Source of the DNA: Candidatus Bathyarchaeota archaeon
Lineage (GTDB): Archaea > Thermoproteota > Bathyarchaeia > Bathyarchaeales > DTEX01
Assembly (NCBI GenBank): GCA_963714275.1
Contig: CAVQNT010000006.1
Location: forward strand, 160,001-224,000
Reading direction: 5' to 3'
DNA length: 64,000 nt
Under the pieces are notes generated by a model. That model worked only from the letters and a program-made list of their open reading frames with translations. It was not told where the DNA came from and ran no database searches. A program made the position numbers and the translations under genes. Below, one piece after another: positions 63,721-64,000 of the stretch (positions are counted from its first letter, which is position 1; each line of letters starts with the position of its first letter).

Positions 63721-64000
63721 TTACCTCATTATTTGCCCGCCAGCGACGAGTACAGCTTGACCTGTCTCATATTTCTGGTCAATCACGTAGTAAACAGCTC
63801 GCAAAATGTCTTCGACAGTGCAACCTCTGCCCATGGGAACCTTTGACTCATAGTACCTTCTGACGTCATCAACTGTCTTAGCTTCAGGAACCTTCCCCGC
63901 TTTCAGATATTGAACGAAAAGTCCGTCTTTCGGGTCAGACCACAATGGAACGTCGAAAACGTTGCCTGGACACACAGCGTTGACCTTAATGCCATCCTCC
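63721..64000 (-). CDS. SDR oxidoreductase, sorbitol-6-phosphate dehydrogenase-like (3' part, runs off the window)
   Basis: GIKVNAVCPGN...LFVQYL..GKV...KVPMGRGC...YETGQA...GGQIM. Confidence 0.8.
   Translation of the reverse strand, partial: EDGIKVNAVCPGNVFDVPLWSDPKDGLFVQYLKAGKVPEAKTVDDVRRYYESKVPMGRGCTVEDILRAVYYVIDQKYETGQAVLVAGGQIMR

Overview
Archaeal chromosome segment, most consistent with Bathyarchaeia (TACK). Supporting markers are a eukaryote-like topoisomerase IB beside tiaS, prefoldin beta-DUF3194-DHH, Dph6, a two-intron tRNA-Arg(UCG), hyp genes and many sugar-catabolic genes. Many genes are split by single-base indels, most likely uncorrected long-read errors, so split ORFs are joined here and not called pseudogenes. 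There are two AT-richer accessory islands. (i) About 15.8-19.25 kb: a truncated integrase, a HEPN-like gene and a TIR-like effector. (ii) About 29.3-39 kb, between tiaS and two Lrp/AsnC genes: a virus/plasmid-like element with two tandem tyrosine recombinases, RHH-like genes, a hidden two-helix membrane micro-protein resembling a spindle-virus capsid, tiny Zn-finger ORFs, a lox/dif-like 13-6-13 palindrome, an origin-like repeat tract, a TIGR04255 three-gene operon (candidate defence/TA module) and a probable solo-Cas1 3' remnant. Also noted: a glycyl radical enzyme with an atypical GCHW Cys loop, an alpha/beta-hydrolase fused to an ART-like domain, a dispersed MITE-like repeat family and several micro-ORFs missed by the ORF track. 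All family assignments come from motif recognition by eye; no database search was run.
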